A stretch of 63,394 nucleotides of DNA, the filler included, from Choristocarpus tenellus KU-1152 (taxonomy: Eukaryota > Protista > Phaeophyceae): the NCBI GenBank assembly GCA_964200185.2. It is 9 parts of 9 records of this genome, joined end to end, with 100 filler letters (N's around TTAATTAATTAA, not from the genome) between each part and the next. Parts side by side here need not be neighbours in the genome. Positions count along the whole stretch, not along the records: positions 48,829 to 51,716 come from CAXNAD020023909.1; positions 51,817 to 54,527 come from CAXNAD020025408.1; positions 54,628 to 63,394 come from CAXNAD020004348.1; 6 more parts are not named here. The stretch is one strand, 5' to 3'. The position numbers were made by a program, and so were the translations under genes. The notes beneath the pieces are model-generated. The model was not told the origin of the DNA. It made no database searches and was given only the letters and a program-made list of their open reading frames with translations. How positions within the stretch are numbered: position 1 is the first letter of the stretch; the number at the start of each line of letters is the position of its first letter. Positions 48,829 to 62,239 of this stretch are shown piece after piece.

Positions 48829-51660
48829 GCACGAAGCACTATGTACGATGGCACTGTGACTACACGTTGCCTGGAATGAGAGCCAACATTCCTGTCAGTC
48901 TTAAGGAGGATGGGGGGCTGTCCAGAGTAATTGCGGAGAGGTTCTTCAGGTTGAGCATTGCTTACCATCTGTTATATTCCAAGAAGAAAGTTATGGAGCG
49001 CACCAAATTGGGCAGGGTGTACAATATATTTATGTCTCATAGGAGGCCTGTACCTTCAGAACACCTCATTTGACTTGGCATGGATTGTCTGGTTCAGAGG
49101 TCTGGGGCATCATAATTGAGCTGTAGCCAGCAGGTGACAACATCGCATAAATGGGAAATAATGGAAAGAGAATGGAGAGACAACAACGCCATGTTCTCCT
49201 GGTGAAGATGACCTCTTCAGGCGTCAAAATTATCCTTAAATGCGCGGTTCGCGCGGACTACTTGATTAAAGTTTGGTCTGTATTTCTCACGATTACTGCA
49301 AGTTGACCGACAGAGACCCATCAAATAAGGTTAAGCATGCTGATGCGATTATAACTAACGAATTTCCATGAAAACATTTGTTAGTTATGGCACGACAAAG
49401 TTGATGCAGGAGAGGCGACTGCCAATACTGTAATAGAACCTTTCATCAGGTTCGCCAAATGGGAAAGGACCATTCCCCTTACCAGACTGTTAGTTTCAAT
49501 TTTTTTTTCACATTTCCAAGATGTCCGAGCAACTTCCACTAAATATTGGAACCTGTATAGTCCAATCTGTCTGGTTCCCGGGTTGGATAGGTTCCAATAC
49601 TTTCTCACATGTCTTGCCGGACCAGGGCCATCCTAGGTTGTATCCTAACCAGTTCAGCTCCAGCCTGTCACCACTTTTAAACTTACATTGTCTCTTGACG
49701 ACCCAGTCCAACTTTGTTAAAGTGTATCTCAACAGATGGGAAGGGGGTGAGGGAATGGACGAAAACAAAAACACGTTTATTCCTGCAAATGTGATTGGGA
49801 TATAGATCGAGACACATTTTGGGTGGGATATAATAAGGTGAAAAGCACTTGTACATTTCCATGGTTGTCAATAACTTTACATGCTTGAACTGAGGGCTGG
49901 CCCGGCACCAAATTGTACTCCGCAGTAGAGATATGCTAGTCGTGAAATGTCAATAACAGCCAAAAAATAACACTACACAATTGTGCGCAGTATGCACACA
50001 GTAAGGAACAGCTCGTCGCCAAAAATGACCTACGTGTATGTGTACATATTGTTTCATTCCTCTCCCAACAGATGTCACCTCTCCGTCGTGCTGTCTACAC
50101 CAAATGTCTGTTTTCTTCCCATCAGGTGGGTACACTGAGTCGTGTCACGGGCACTCACCTTACCTGTGCAGGGATGGAGGGCGTTGCTGTAAACAAAGTT
50201 GTTCTCCAGTCACTGAGGGAAAGCGCTGAGGAGAGAGAGGTGGTGGGAGCAGCGTGCCCTAGAGAATGATCTTCTTAGGGAGGGCAGTGAAGAAACCATT
50301 TTGGAAGAGATGGGAGCACCCAACAGTGGAGTCCTCAAAGAGCCCGCCACGTCTCTTGGGAAAGGGCCCAGGGGAGTTAACCGTCGAGGAGAGACAAGGT
50401 GCTCTAGTTGATGGAGAGTAGGGGCAACGGGGTGGAGGGCAGTGTGTCTTCCGAGAGAAGGACAACAGGGCTGTACTGCGCAGCTGCAAGTGTAGTGACA
50501 GCAGCAACAACAGAGTCGGAGGAGAGGTTATGAGGAGGACTCAAGGCGATGTTGAGGGGTGGAACCAGACTGAGGAGAAGGAGGCAGGGTACACTTGTCT
50601 GCGGCTAGTACCAGCTGAGTATCATCCTGTGCAGGTGAGTGGTATCGGCAAGTGGGTGGACTGGTGTTGCAGGATGTGTTTGGATTGGGATTCTGAGGCG
50701 AGGCACAAAGAGTCCCGGCTCTCCTTTCCTTACTGCACCATTCTTTAACATAGAATTGATGTACTTCAAACCTAGACTTCTCAAACAATAGTACGTGCTT
50801 CGAAGCATGGTGCATGTTGACGTGTGTGTATTGATATCTAGATGCGGGATAAGGAGTAGCAAGAACCGGTCACAGTAAAATATGCATGCACAACTCACCT
50901 GCTCCCTGTCTTGTGGCCCTTCCCTTGCCCTCGACCTTCTTGCCCTTCCTTGGCCATCGTTTATGAATATGATGCAGGCTACACTGTTGCCAGCGATGGA
51001 GAGCAAAGTCACCAGCAAGGTGCTGGGGAGAAGGGATGCTTTCCCCAGTGGAACAATCTCTGTGCAAGGCCTTAACAGTGGTGACCTGGAGGATGATGAG
51101 GGTGTGTTGGAGCTGGTGGAGCACGGTCCTACATCCTTCACAAAGATCTCCTTTTATGTCCCGGCCGGTTGCCTTCTTTGCGGATTTCTAAACTTTGACG
51201 CACGTAGGTCTTGGGTATTTCATTACAATATGTGTTGGTGGGAAGCACATTGAGGAAATTCAGATCTCGGAGGTTGTTTTGTGGGTGTGAGTTGTGATAT
51301 CTATCTATGGAGTAGAGGAGGACTAGGTGCAACCCTGCTTGCACGTTTGCTTCTTTTGCTCATCCCTTGAGGGTTCTTGCCTCCGCATCACACCCTCCCT
51401 CGTGTGTACTACAGCGTGCGTTTACTCGTCGTGTCCAATGCCCACCCTCTCCTCCTTGCTCTTCCCTTCCTCTCTGAGACATACCAGGCCCTGGGTACCT
51501 AGAATGATTCCAATGACACCCTGGGAGAGGCTGGCGATGCCGTTGTGGGTGCACTGGTGGATGGGGAAGGGGTTGCATTTGGGTTCAGCCTGAAGTCCAC
51601 CGTGGCGGCTACGAGGTCCATCATCAAGGGTGTGACCGAACAGCGATGGGGATGTTAAAG
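48829..51660 (+). pseudogene. Exon-like fragments of an unidentified gene; joined frames contain stops or frameshifts
   Basis: Coding-like blocks bounded by plausible splice sites (48829-48949, about 50172-50634, 50978-51125, about 51488-51660), but no continuous open frame through 50172-50634. Confidence 0.3.
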
Positions 51661-52384
51661 TATCCCCAAAATCATCAAAGAGGATAAAGGTGATAAACCC
51701 GGCGAGATTGCTTGGTNNNNNNNNNNNNNNNNNNNNNNNNNNNNNNNNNNNNNNNNNNNNTTAATTAATTAANNNNNNNNNNNNNNNNNNNNNNNNNNNN
51801 NNNNNNNNNNNNNNNNATCTCTGGGATTTTGTGCCCAATCGCCCGAATACGAGAATTCCGGTACAAACGCCTATTTTTTTTAGCATGCCGAAAAAAGTGG
51901 TACAAAATTGCATATTTTTCGATTTGGTTCATAATATTTGGACCAAAATAGGGGCACCTACTCTATCTCTCAGTACTGTACAGTACAGTACGTACAGTAT
52001 ATCACATCAAGTTTAGACGACTGTAATCCACAGATATAACGATGCCCTTCGCAGCGGGATCCAGTTTCAAGATAGAGGGTAATACTCCTGGTCCGCCACA
52101 CTATACATCCCTTAATTGTCGTGTTTGTAGCGGCTATCTTCATGGTATTTTGCAGCGTTGTGGATCCATTTTGACTCCAGCGAAATGAAACGCGTGTGGA
52201 AATTGTGCGTGAGCCCCACCAAGCGCAAGGCTTTGAGTCCTCCAGCTGGTGAAAACACAGCGTTGAAGCGCTACGATATCAAGAGAACAAGGGCAAGGGG
52301 AAGGTGCTGCCTAATATTTCTATGGAGAAAGCCTCTCCCTACAAGCCTTGTGGTGCCGACAATTGTAAACGCTTGAGCTTTGCA

Positions 52385-52720
52385 GAGAAGGTGGAAACGT
52401 TGAGATCCACATCCACCCAGTAATAGAGATTGCTCACTAATACTCCATTTCTCCCCCTCCTGTACATGTGGCTGAAGACGAAACCCAACCTGTTGACTTT
52501 CTGTTGGTCTCCTAGGACTGGTTTAATCCACTGCTTGGCCTTATTCACCTTCTTGCGCTTTCACAGATCCCACGACTCAAAATGGGAGTCCCAAGCTTTG
52601 GCTGCAATTTGTAGAAGGATGTGTGATGTGCTGATGGGACACTCCAAAAGTCAAGGATACTTGTACAGCAGCCACATCGCTCCTTGTGACGTCATACGAA
52701 AGGTCCATACATTCAAACCA
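52385..52720 (-). mobile_element. Degenerate Tc1/mariner (plant/oomycete-type) transposase fragment
   Basis: WIKPVLGDQQKVNRLGFVFSH..SNLYYWVDVD resembles IKPxLTxxxKxxRxxFxLS..xxMxxxVHVDEKWF preceding the first catalytic Asp. Frameshifted. Confidence 0.45.
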
Positions 52721-53819
52721 TTTGATCTCACCGTCATGGTCGTTCAGATGATAGAACATAGTGATTCAGGAAGTTCCAAAATCCTCTGCGATGGCTGCCA
52801 CCATCCCCCAACGCATCTGAATTTCACATCCTCTCACCTCCAGGCATGACGCTATCACGCTGCTCTTCTTTGAGGGTGTTGGAGTCTGGACCCTGGACAG
52901 ACTTCTGGGTCGAAGAATTGGGACCAACAGGCAATGACGGGATGAGCAAGTCGCTCGAACAACAGGGGGCCTTCGTTCTAGGCATCTCAATAAACACCCA
53001 ATTTGGCATTTCACGAGGTTTTTGAACCCCATCAAATGCCACTTGGTCGACTTTGCACTGGTAATCCTCCACAGTCATGACAGCCCGCGATCTCCAACTT
53101 TGCACGCCTCCTAATCTATATGAAAAATAAGCCTAATCCAGAGAGTTCATCATGTAGGTCGTTACTGGGCGAGAACGGAGGTCGCAAAAGTTATGATAGA
53201 TTTAATTCCGTACAAAGCAACATACATATTTTCCAATATCTCATTGGTAAGAATATCAAATTTCTCAACATCATTATTCTATTGACTTTTCAGTTGTATT
53301 TTTTTCCCATTCTAGTAGTCATAATAGTACCTAATATTACTACATATTATTTTGTATCACATTAGTTGTAGGATCCCACACGTACGTGAGATCCAGAAAA
53401 GTAGTCCATGGAAGGCGATACACACTTCTCCCAAAAATACAACAAGGACTACAAAAGAAAAACAGAGGAGTGAAAAAATAGAACAAGGAAAAGAAAAGAA
53501 AAGAAACAGACGGGAAGAATAGAACCCACACTATTTTCTGTTGTTGAGCATAGATAGTGGTGCGGTACCAGTACCTTCGCCCTCTGGGATTTTCCTGCCA
53601 TAACTTTTGATGTAGACATCAGATTAAGAAAATAAAAAGAATATTCGTGATGCTCGTCGCGAGGCCCTCCAGAGCAAGGTCTTCGTTTTTTCTTCTCCCC
53701 ATTTTTTGTTTGTTGAAGAGATATCGCTCATATTGGGGTTCGAACCCGGGAATTTAGGTGACCAAGAGTGGCAACGGATGCACTATTACTTGATTAAAGT
53801 ATAGGGTTTAGGTGGGAAA

Positions 53820-54094
53820 AAAGTCTCCCCACCCTTTCTTTCTGTGTGTTCGCGCACCCACTCTTTGACCTCGGAAAGGATGTCCTTGTAGACGCCCAGA
53901 ACGAAACGCCTCTCGAGGCGTACTTGCTCCGACACCTTGATGTGACCCTTAGTTCGGGAGTCTCTCTCCCATTTACCCACAGTTTCTGACCTGACCATCG
54001 CATATCCTGCTGCCATCTTGAGTGCTGTTAGACAGTATTTCCCATCGTTCATACACAGGTACAGGATTCGAGGTATTAGAGCCTTTACTATCAC
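53820..54094 (-). mobile_element. Possible DNA-transposon transposase N-terminal remnant
   Basis: AAGYAMVRSETVGKWERD..G....SEQ..VKEWVREHTERKG reads like the HTH-region N-terminus of eukaryotic DDE transposases. No catalytic part seen. Confidence 0.3.
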
Positions 54095-54715
54095 ATTTCC
54101 TCATTGAGCGCCGGAAATGGGCGCCGTCCGTGTTTCCTGGGCTGGTGATATTTTATCAAGACACAAGGGCGAGGGAGGACATGATACAGGCGAGTAGGGC
54201 GAGTATTTCTTCCCGCGCTTTAGCCGGCCCGAGCAGTGTACACGCGTGGGGATCCCCAAAAGGGGGAACTTCGATTTGCTAAAAAGTGGTAGAAAAAAAT
54301 CTGCAACTCAGGAAAGTCGCAAGGGTTCCCAGATGGAAAGGTCGCAAGGGTTCTCAGATATATTCCAATGTCTGTAAACCAAGGAAACCCCAATGGTAAA
54401 GATGAAAAGAGATCCTGAAAACGGCTCCAAATGGCTCAGTTCAGGTCTAAAGATACCCACCTATAGCATTCTCAATCTGATGCCATTAAGGGTCAAAGTA
54501 TCTGGGGGGAGGGGGTGGTTTGTGAGGNNNNNNNNNNNNNNNNNNNNNNNNNNNNNNNNNNNNNNNNNNNNTTAATTAATTAANNNNNNNNNNNNNNNNN
54601 NNNNNNNNNNNNNNNNNNNNNNNNNNNTTCCTTTCTCCCCCCCCCCCCCCGCCGCCGCCGTCCCTTCCTCTCATTGTGCATGTTTTTTTTTCTTCTTTAA
54701 ATCCCTTCTTTTCAG

Positions 54716-56254
54716 AGTCCTTGACATTTTAAAGGAGAGCAAATATCGGAGAGGAGCCGCTAGTCCCACAATGGAGACAGCACAAGTCCCGCCTTCCTTG
54801 TCTCTAGAGATGGAAGGCACATCGTTGGTACAGGATGGCATCCGAACTAGAAATCTGCATACTGACAACACCGGGAGTCCTAAGGGTGAGTATTGTGTTG
54901 CAGTGCCTGGGGCAGGGACTGTGGGGGAGGGAGGGAGGGAGGGAACGGCAGCACAAAGTCAACCGACGTCCATCCTGGTTGTGGATGACTCCACCATATC
55001 AGCAAAACTCGCTTTGAAGAAGCTGGCTGGTATTGGGTGAGTAGGGAGAAATCCTTTGGGAAGGAACCGAAGGGAGGGGAGGAGGGGGAGAGTGTCCTTA
55101 CTTGTGTGTGTGTGTGTATGTGTGTGTGCGTGTGCGTGTGTTTGTGTGTAAATGCAATCGTGCAGGCCTTGCAAGTTGGTATTCATGGTGTAAATGGTGG
55201 ATGCTGGACCAAGGTACTCATGATTGTTGATGACCCAAGAATGGAGTCCTTCCCCTTTGTTGACCTTCTAACGGTCTTTCATGCATATTTGTGCACAGGG
55301 TTGATAGCAAGCATGCGTTGAACGGAAGGGTGGCACTGGAGATGCTGCAAAGGGATCCCAACAAATTTATATTAGTGTTACTTGATGTGGTGATGCCCAT
55401 CATGGATGGGTTGGAGCTGCTACAGACCATGAAGGCATGTGACATATAATGAAGTATCTGCAGGGTATGCAGCCTTGCCCTTCCCCTCCAACTTGCCCTT
55501 ATTGTTATTCATTTTAACATCTCAATTATTTCTCGCCAGTATTGATCAAGCTGTGTGCTCTGCACAAGTTTAAGTACAGGTCCAGTATGTATAACATTTT
55601 CTTCTTACAGTCATATGCTTGTGTATGTCTGAATTGAAGCTAATTACTCCAATATTCTTATTTTCCTTTGATTATTTGATATTTTGTAGGTTGCGTTATT
55701 CCAAGATGTACTTTGATTGCATATATTTATCATTATAACTTCAAACTCTGATAGTTCAGGGGATGACCTACAATGCTTTTTCTTTTTCATGTTGGACGCA
55801 CATTTTTACCCGTCCAGAGTGACAAGTGTTTGAAGAACATCCCTGTGGTGATGCTCTCTGGACTTGAGGACAATCGACTCGGTAAGATTCCATTGGGTAG
55901 GGATCAAAGGTCAGCAGGGGGGAATGAGTTTACAAGCTGTAGCTTAGTTATCGTGTGCACGTACATATTTTGTTGATAAGGATGCAAGAGACTGTGTTGT
56001 TAATACACTTGGTTTGTCAGGGAAATGTTTTGCATTTGTTATGTTCTTGTTCTAGTGCAGTGTTGAGGTCTCATTTAATACAGCAAACTTAACAAACACA
56101 TGCCTTACCTCCACGATCAATCCCTTAACTTACAGCGGATTTATGTCAGCAGTCGGGTGCTTTAGGAGTTCTTCAAAAGCCACTACAGGTGAATGATGTA
56201 CTATCCCTACTTGAGGGCCAAAACATCAAGCTTGAGGCGTCAACACCACGGTAG
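54716..56254 (+). CDS. Response-regulator receiver (REC) domain protein, probably 5'-truncated
   Basis: Exons 54716-55036, 55299-55434, 55818-55881, 56136-56254 (stop). Product ...SILVVDDSTISAKLALKKLAGIGVDSKHALNGRVALEMLQRDPNKFILVLLDVVMPIMDGLELLQTMKSDKCLKNIPVVMLSGLEDNRLADLCQQSGALGVLQKPL.. has the acidic DD pocket, phospho-acceptor D, conserved S and KP. An in-frame polypyrimidine acceptor upstream of ATG 54771 implies earlier exons. Confidence 0.9.
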
Positions 56255-59200
56255 TAAGAATGGAAGGCATGATGGTAATGCTGGCAATGTGTGACCATGT
56301 GACAGTAGTATCAGTGAACATGATTTTTGATGGAGTGCATTCAGAAATTCGTTTTTTATGATGGAATAAACGCTGCTGTTTGGATTCTTCATTGTTCTAT
56401 GAAAGATGGCCTGACTGGGTGACTGACCCTCTGGACTCAGCAAGTGCCGCCCTCAAGTGTCTTCTGCAGTGATTATTTCACAATACTACGAATCAAATGA
56501 CTGCAACGTTGGGGAAGTGTGAGGCTGACAGGTGGCACTAGGGGTGTGACATACAGCCCACAGAGCCTCTCACCAAGGCCAAGGGTCCATCCAAGGCTTG
56601 AACTTGACGAGTAGCGATGAGTAGTGACCCATTATTGGAGGGATAGTCATCCTTGACCACTTTTGTAACCTTGTTGCAAAGTGTGGAATGCCCCTGGTTT
56701 CTTTCACTGACATGGTGGGCTGGCAGTAGTCTATTCAACATCGTTCTCTTTGTTGATGTGTTTGCTCTTTGTAGCAGTTTCATATTCTTGACTGATAATG
56801 GATCTGAGAGGGTTAGGGTTATCTTTTCTAGACCATTTCTGTTTGGTTGCATGTGTGTTCGTACACCTATCTGAACCTCACCACAGATAATGTTATTGCA
56901 GGGAGGAAGAAGAAGATTAACCCCTTGGGCCCTTTGCCTGCAGGGGTGTGGAGATGTGAGACGAGTTGTATTATATTACGAAGAAGAGGACACATAAGTA
57001 GGGAGGTTTTGTAATGAGGTTCATGCATGTAGATTTGCTGAGGAAGGAGTGTGCAAGCAAGATAGGTGGTGTCTTGGATAAAGATTTCACAGACATAACT
57101 TTGGTCACAATGGGAATTGACCCAATTGTGATTCGTGTGTGTTCTGTTGAAGATTGAGGGGTGAGCTTTGCAAAGACATACCTAGTCGGTTTGGGCATGA
57201 CTACAGTATGTCCTGAGTTCCTATCATGTGTCCTCCCGCACCTGCGACCGACCCATTCCCAGTTCAGTTCCAAGGCATATCAAATCTTTGTTGTTTTCCT
57301 GTTTGTGTCGTGGACTGTAATTACATTGTCATAGAGTGATGGACTCCCCAACTAATGCCCCACAATGGATCAGCCCTCTGGTTCTTTCCCATTAATGGAT
57401 GAGTGTGGGTGACAGATAGATTGACTTATATTTGTGCATTTGTATGTGAAGTGTTTTAGTGTAGTGAAATGTTATGGTGTAGTGTGTTCCTTAGTGACTT
57501 GTGTGATGGATTATGTTTGCTTTGCATTTTCCTCGACTTGCACTATCGTGTTTTTTGCATCTTGCTGCTTGCTTCGTCTTTGTAACTGCTATTTTGTTCG
57601 TCAGTACTCATGCTTATTGTTTCATCAGCTTTATCCCTGAACAAGGAAATTTGCTCTGCTTTGGGTGGGTTTCAATAGTAGTGAGGCTGGATGGAACATA
57701 CATGTGATAGAGTTGTACCTCAAATCATATATAGACGTGTAAATGTGTATGTGTGAGAAGAGGTTTGATGGTGAATGGGTTTATATGGGTAGTTGTATAT
57801 TTTGGGGGTGGGAAATGCTCAGAGCTTGAGTAACTTGGTGCCAATATTTAGATGTTATGGTGGGCAGTGGTACCTACTCTTGTTATGCGGGCTCGTTACA
57901 GCCAATGAGCAGCGTTGATTTGAAAAGTGCTGAAGAGTTGAGCTCACCTCTTTCACACAATTTTAGCTGCTCATCTATTTCACTCCCTTTTGATTTCTAG
58001 GTAAAGGGTGGTTTGATGTTTAGTGGAGGGTCAGAATCGCTTTGCAGGTGTACGTTGTTCTTCGCCTAATTAGACAGAAGTAGTTTAGTAAACTGAATTT
58101 GACATTTCAGTCGACTGAACTGTTTTTATTCTAACAGATTTCAACAAATTGAAGGGACTACTTGTTCATCATCTTCCAGAACTGCGCAAACAATGCTCAT
58201 TGGTATAGTGTGATGGTCAGGCTGATTGACCATGCGCTCCCTTGACCGAGCAACTACGGTTGGAACATTTTTTTTCAATGCTTGATATTTTGTTTGATTT
58301 GTTGATACATAGTAGGTGTGTACGCTTCAAAGTAGGAAAGTAAGATCCAGTTGGCACATGAAATATATACTCACGGAAATGGCTAGTACGTGCTCTTCAG
58401 TCTGTTTCCTTGAGGTCCTACTGAAGGAAGGTTGCATGAGTGGGAGTTTGAGGAATGATTCAGGCTATGATGCGCATAATATTTTACTGTTTACTGTATT
58501 GTATCGTTTACCTGGTGTGCACCATGTGCTACGTTGAATCAGTTAAGGAAATGCATCTCATCCTGCCTTCAAATACTCCTAGAATTTTGTGATAGCATTT
58601 TGAATTTTCAATATATTCATGTGTCAAGTCATTTTTGCTTCGACCAACCTGTTTTACAGTGGAAAATATGGAAACGAAAAAGGTACAAAATTTACTTGGT
58701 GTTGAGGTTACCATATCCGTACAAACTTATTGCTTGTTTTCTTGCCTCCTATTATCGATGTTTTGTTTGTGTATGTGTATCAATTTCTGGAGGGAGGATC
58801 CGAGGGTAAAAATCATCTACCAGGCGTGAAGGTATTTTGTCTGATGTTTGGTCTGAGCGACAAGCGCCAATAGTATACTCGACAATATCATGACAAATCC
58901 AGATGAAGAAGGAGCAAGATGGCATCATCAATGCCTAATTAATGTGAACTCCTCTTCTTGTGAATTGAAATAATTTATATTGGAAGTTTTTTTGTGCTTG
59001 ACCTAAACAATTCGAGCAACTCGATTTATTTCACTCACTTCTCTGATCATCATTTTGTACCTCAATCAGTCCAGGAGCTACCATTCTCAACACCCCCCAG
59101 CTCTTGAACTGAGAGCAGATAAACTTTTTCACTTCACAATTCCACAAACCTCTTTACAGACCATCGCACCTAAACAATACCACATCACCGATCCGCAGTA

Positions 59201-59339
59201 TTCAGTGTACTACACCACCAGTAATGCTACCGCTATTACTGCTAAGATGAGCGGGAGGATTCAGAAAAGCTTGGACTTGAATTCGCAAATACAGCCACGT
59301 GCTTTAGGAAAGAACCTCAGGTATATCACTTCAGCATAA

Positions 59340-59525
59340 GATTTACATGATCAAGGCCGAAATGCCTGAAGTTCTACTGTATGGTTGTGAAGCTTGGACA
59401 CCCTGCCAGATTCATTTTCTGAAGCTCCATTCTCCTTACCCCAAATTTTCTCCTCCGCTGTGTAGGATTCCGCAAATAGGAAACACACACAATCACAGTC
59501 TGTCCTACAAACATGTTCTTGTGAA
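59340..59525 (+). mobile_element. RTE-clade LINE ORF C-terminal remnant
   Basis: EVLLYGCEAWT..HFLKL..LCRI resembles the LLYGCExWT motif downstream of RT in RTE LINEs. Confidence 0.55.
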
Positions 59526-59699
59526 AATGTATCTTCTGTTGATTGAGTATATCAAAATCCAAGTTAAGTATCACTGAGAAAAAGTTAGGTGAGGAAGTCG
59601 TGCACACGTGGAGTTCAGTGATGGTGTGGACTGCATGGGCCCCATTGTCGTGTTGTCAATGCACCATCAATGTCCGCAAGAGACAGAACCACCTGTGTC

Positions 59700-61030
59700 T
59701 CTTTCTTTTCGGACTAATCCTCAACGAAGAGGGTCCATTTTTACACAAGAGTTATTAGCGTATCTGGCTTGACGTTGTACACCTGGTACGTGAGGGTAGG
59801 GTCGTACATGTGGGTTACCCCATTCTTCTGGAGATGAAATCTCGGAGCTATTGCAGAGAGAATTGAGTAGTAGACCCGGCAGGTGTGCTCTGTGTCGAGA
59901 TCCTACTTCAGAACCTCAAGAAACGCTCGGTTCTGTGGTACAATTCTCGTCGGAGGGTCCCTCCCACATTGCCCTTGTCGAGGGCAAAAATGTCCGTTCT
60001 CCCCATCCAATCCCATTTGGTAAGATCATTCCATGCATACCGGTCACCTACATCCTCCTGTTGACTGTGTTCTTTGACGGGCGTAGAACGAAGTAGTTGA
60101 AGGATGGCGTCTGCTTATATATTGATCCAAGAGTATACACTGAACTTTGCTCTGTTGATCTTCCTGCTCCCCTACTGATGGAGACAAGTGGGCAAGAAGG
60201 GTTGATGTGTAGATTGGCGTTAGTGTGCGGTATGGGTCAGGGAGTAGATGGAGCTCTGTGAGGCGAGGGAGGCGGTATGCTTCTCTGAAAGCCGTATCGG
60301 AATTTGGATGTCGAGTTAGACTGTAGGAAATCGAGGCTCAACTAAAGCACAAGATGCAGCACAAGTGGTGGTGTAGTGATAAGAAGGTAGTGGGTATACG
60401 GACGGTGTCAAGGAAGTCGAGATTTTGAGGCATGACAGTATGAGCAAATACCGCAGAAGTGGTAGTCTGGTGGTAAGATACAAGGAAGGTCGCCCACATT
60501 TCTCTTGGTCTTCAGATCAGCAAATGGACAATGATAAGGAACTTGAATGAACGGCAGGATCGAATGAGTGAATTCCGTATGAAATGGTGGTATGGTGTCA
60601 AGATGCAAGTAGGGTCCGTAATGTGTTGTGACTACAGTGGCTTGTGTGTGGTCAGGGTCTAATATATGCACATGAAAGTTTGACTTCTGTAAGAGGCATT
60701 GAAACTTTCGTTGATGAAACGTTGAGTTGTACGTGGTGGTGATACAGCGTTGTTGTTGTGTGGGTGCTGGAAAGGGACTGGATGTAGCAAATGAACGGGG
60801 CTCCTTCTGCACTGATGGGTGGGTTCATCACAAGTTTTTGTTCATGTTATCAGAATGAGGTTATTGTTTGAGTAGTGTTCTTGATATTGTGTTTCGATTG
60901 ATGTGGTGTTTGCATATAACTTAATGGATACACAACCAGTGTGGAAAACTATCCTATTTGTCGTAGGTAGCAGGTTGACCAGAGGTTTTGCGGAGGTTTG
61001 GTGGGTAAAAGTTATAGGGTTAGCCACTTT
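59700..61030 (-). mobile_element. Highly degenerate LTR-type (Gypsy/DIRS-like) reverse-transcriptase remnant
   Basis: FHVHILDPDHTQATVVTTHYGPY resembles the RT motif FHQIxLxxxxxxxTAFxTPxGLY. Multiple stops. Boundaries approximate. Confidence 0.4.
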
Positions 61031-61955
61031 TAAGGTGGGCTATGTTCGATTAGAATCTTCCAACTCTATCGGACAGGTGCGGTAAAATATGTATGGAGTA
61101 AAGAAACAATAAATTAGTGGGTGAGTTATCAGAACCTTTTAGTAGTGATTCGTTGTATGAGAAATATTCTCATATAAAAGGAAATAATTTCGATTTTACG
61201 GGGTGCTACATGACCCACTTAACTTTAATCACTCTACAGACACCAAGCAATCTCGCTGGGTTTATCACCTTTATCCTCTTTGATGATTTGGGAGATACTC
61301 AATATAATAAATTGAACCTTAGGTTTCTAACCCATCATTTCATAATGGCTACACGAGGAGATACGATTCAAGAATTGCGGGAACCTGTTCCTTTCGAGGG
61401 CATATCTGTCCAATAATTCAGACAGCTTATGGCGACGGTAGTGGAGTTGTCAAGAAACGTTGGTAATCTCATGGTTCAGTCTGAAAGAGTCGGCGACGGA
61501 AATTATCTCATCGTTCAGGCCGCTGTGCCCAGCACACGGCCTCCGGCTGGGTACGTACCAGTCGAAATGAGTGAAAGTATCTATGTGCGTAGATAGTGCT
61601 GCTGATAGACATAGACACCACCGGTGGATTAGATAATAGGATGGAGAGCCAGTAACAGATATATTATATGTACTGACTCACAGTGTTGATTGGTTTTAGA
61701 TCATGTTCAAGACACACTTCCTATACTTAAGATAATTAAATAAGCAATTCATAGTAAATTAGTGTGGACGGTTACAAACCCCACACTATAGAGTAATGAT
61801 GGTAGTTAAGGCTAGAGTCTCAGCCACGAGCTCAGTCTGCGGAATCGAGACCACAAAGACCCTTGTATTACTAACGTTGTTCATCTACATCAAGGTGTTC
61901 TTTGTCCTTCATTAAAGCACCATAAAGCCACGGGTCCAGTGTGGGATAGTTCAAC

Positions 61956-62202
61956 ATCTTAGAGGGTACGAGTTTTGCCCTGTTTGTCCATTTGGGGCTT
62001 GGCTCCCCATGTTTTTTTTGTGGCATTTTCCTATTACAAAGTGTTTCAGAGTAGGTAAAATGTGTATGTTATGAAAAGTTGTGTCCGAAACAAGGATATT
62101 GACACTTCCTAACAAACACGATGGACAAAACTACATCAAAATCGCAATAATGGATTTGACCTTCAAATGGACACGTTCCTACCCTCTAAGATACTTTGGC
62201 TC
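61956..62202. mobile_element. MITE, subfamily B copy
   Basis: ATCTTAGAGGGTA...TACCCTCTAAGATACTTTGGCTC; colinear with 2430-2681. Confidence 0.75.
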
Positions 62203-62239
62203 AGTGGGTCCTATGGAACCCATGCTGAGGGAAAATTTC

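Noticed and set aside
9627-54627. Eight identical TTAATTAATTAA palindromes flanked by Ns, as a repeat system or CRISPR-like array
   Set aside because: Artificial six-frame-stop linkers used to concatenate contigs.
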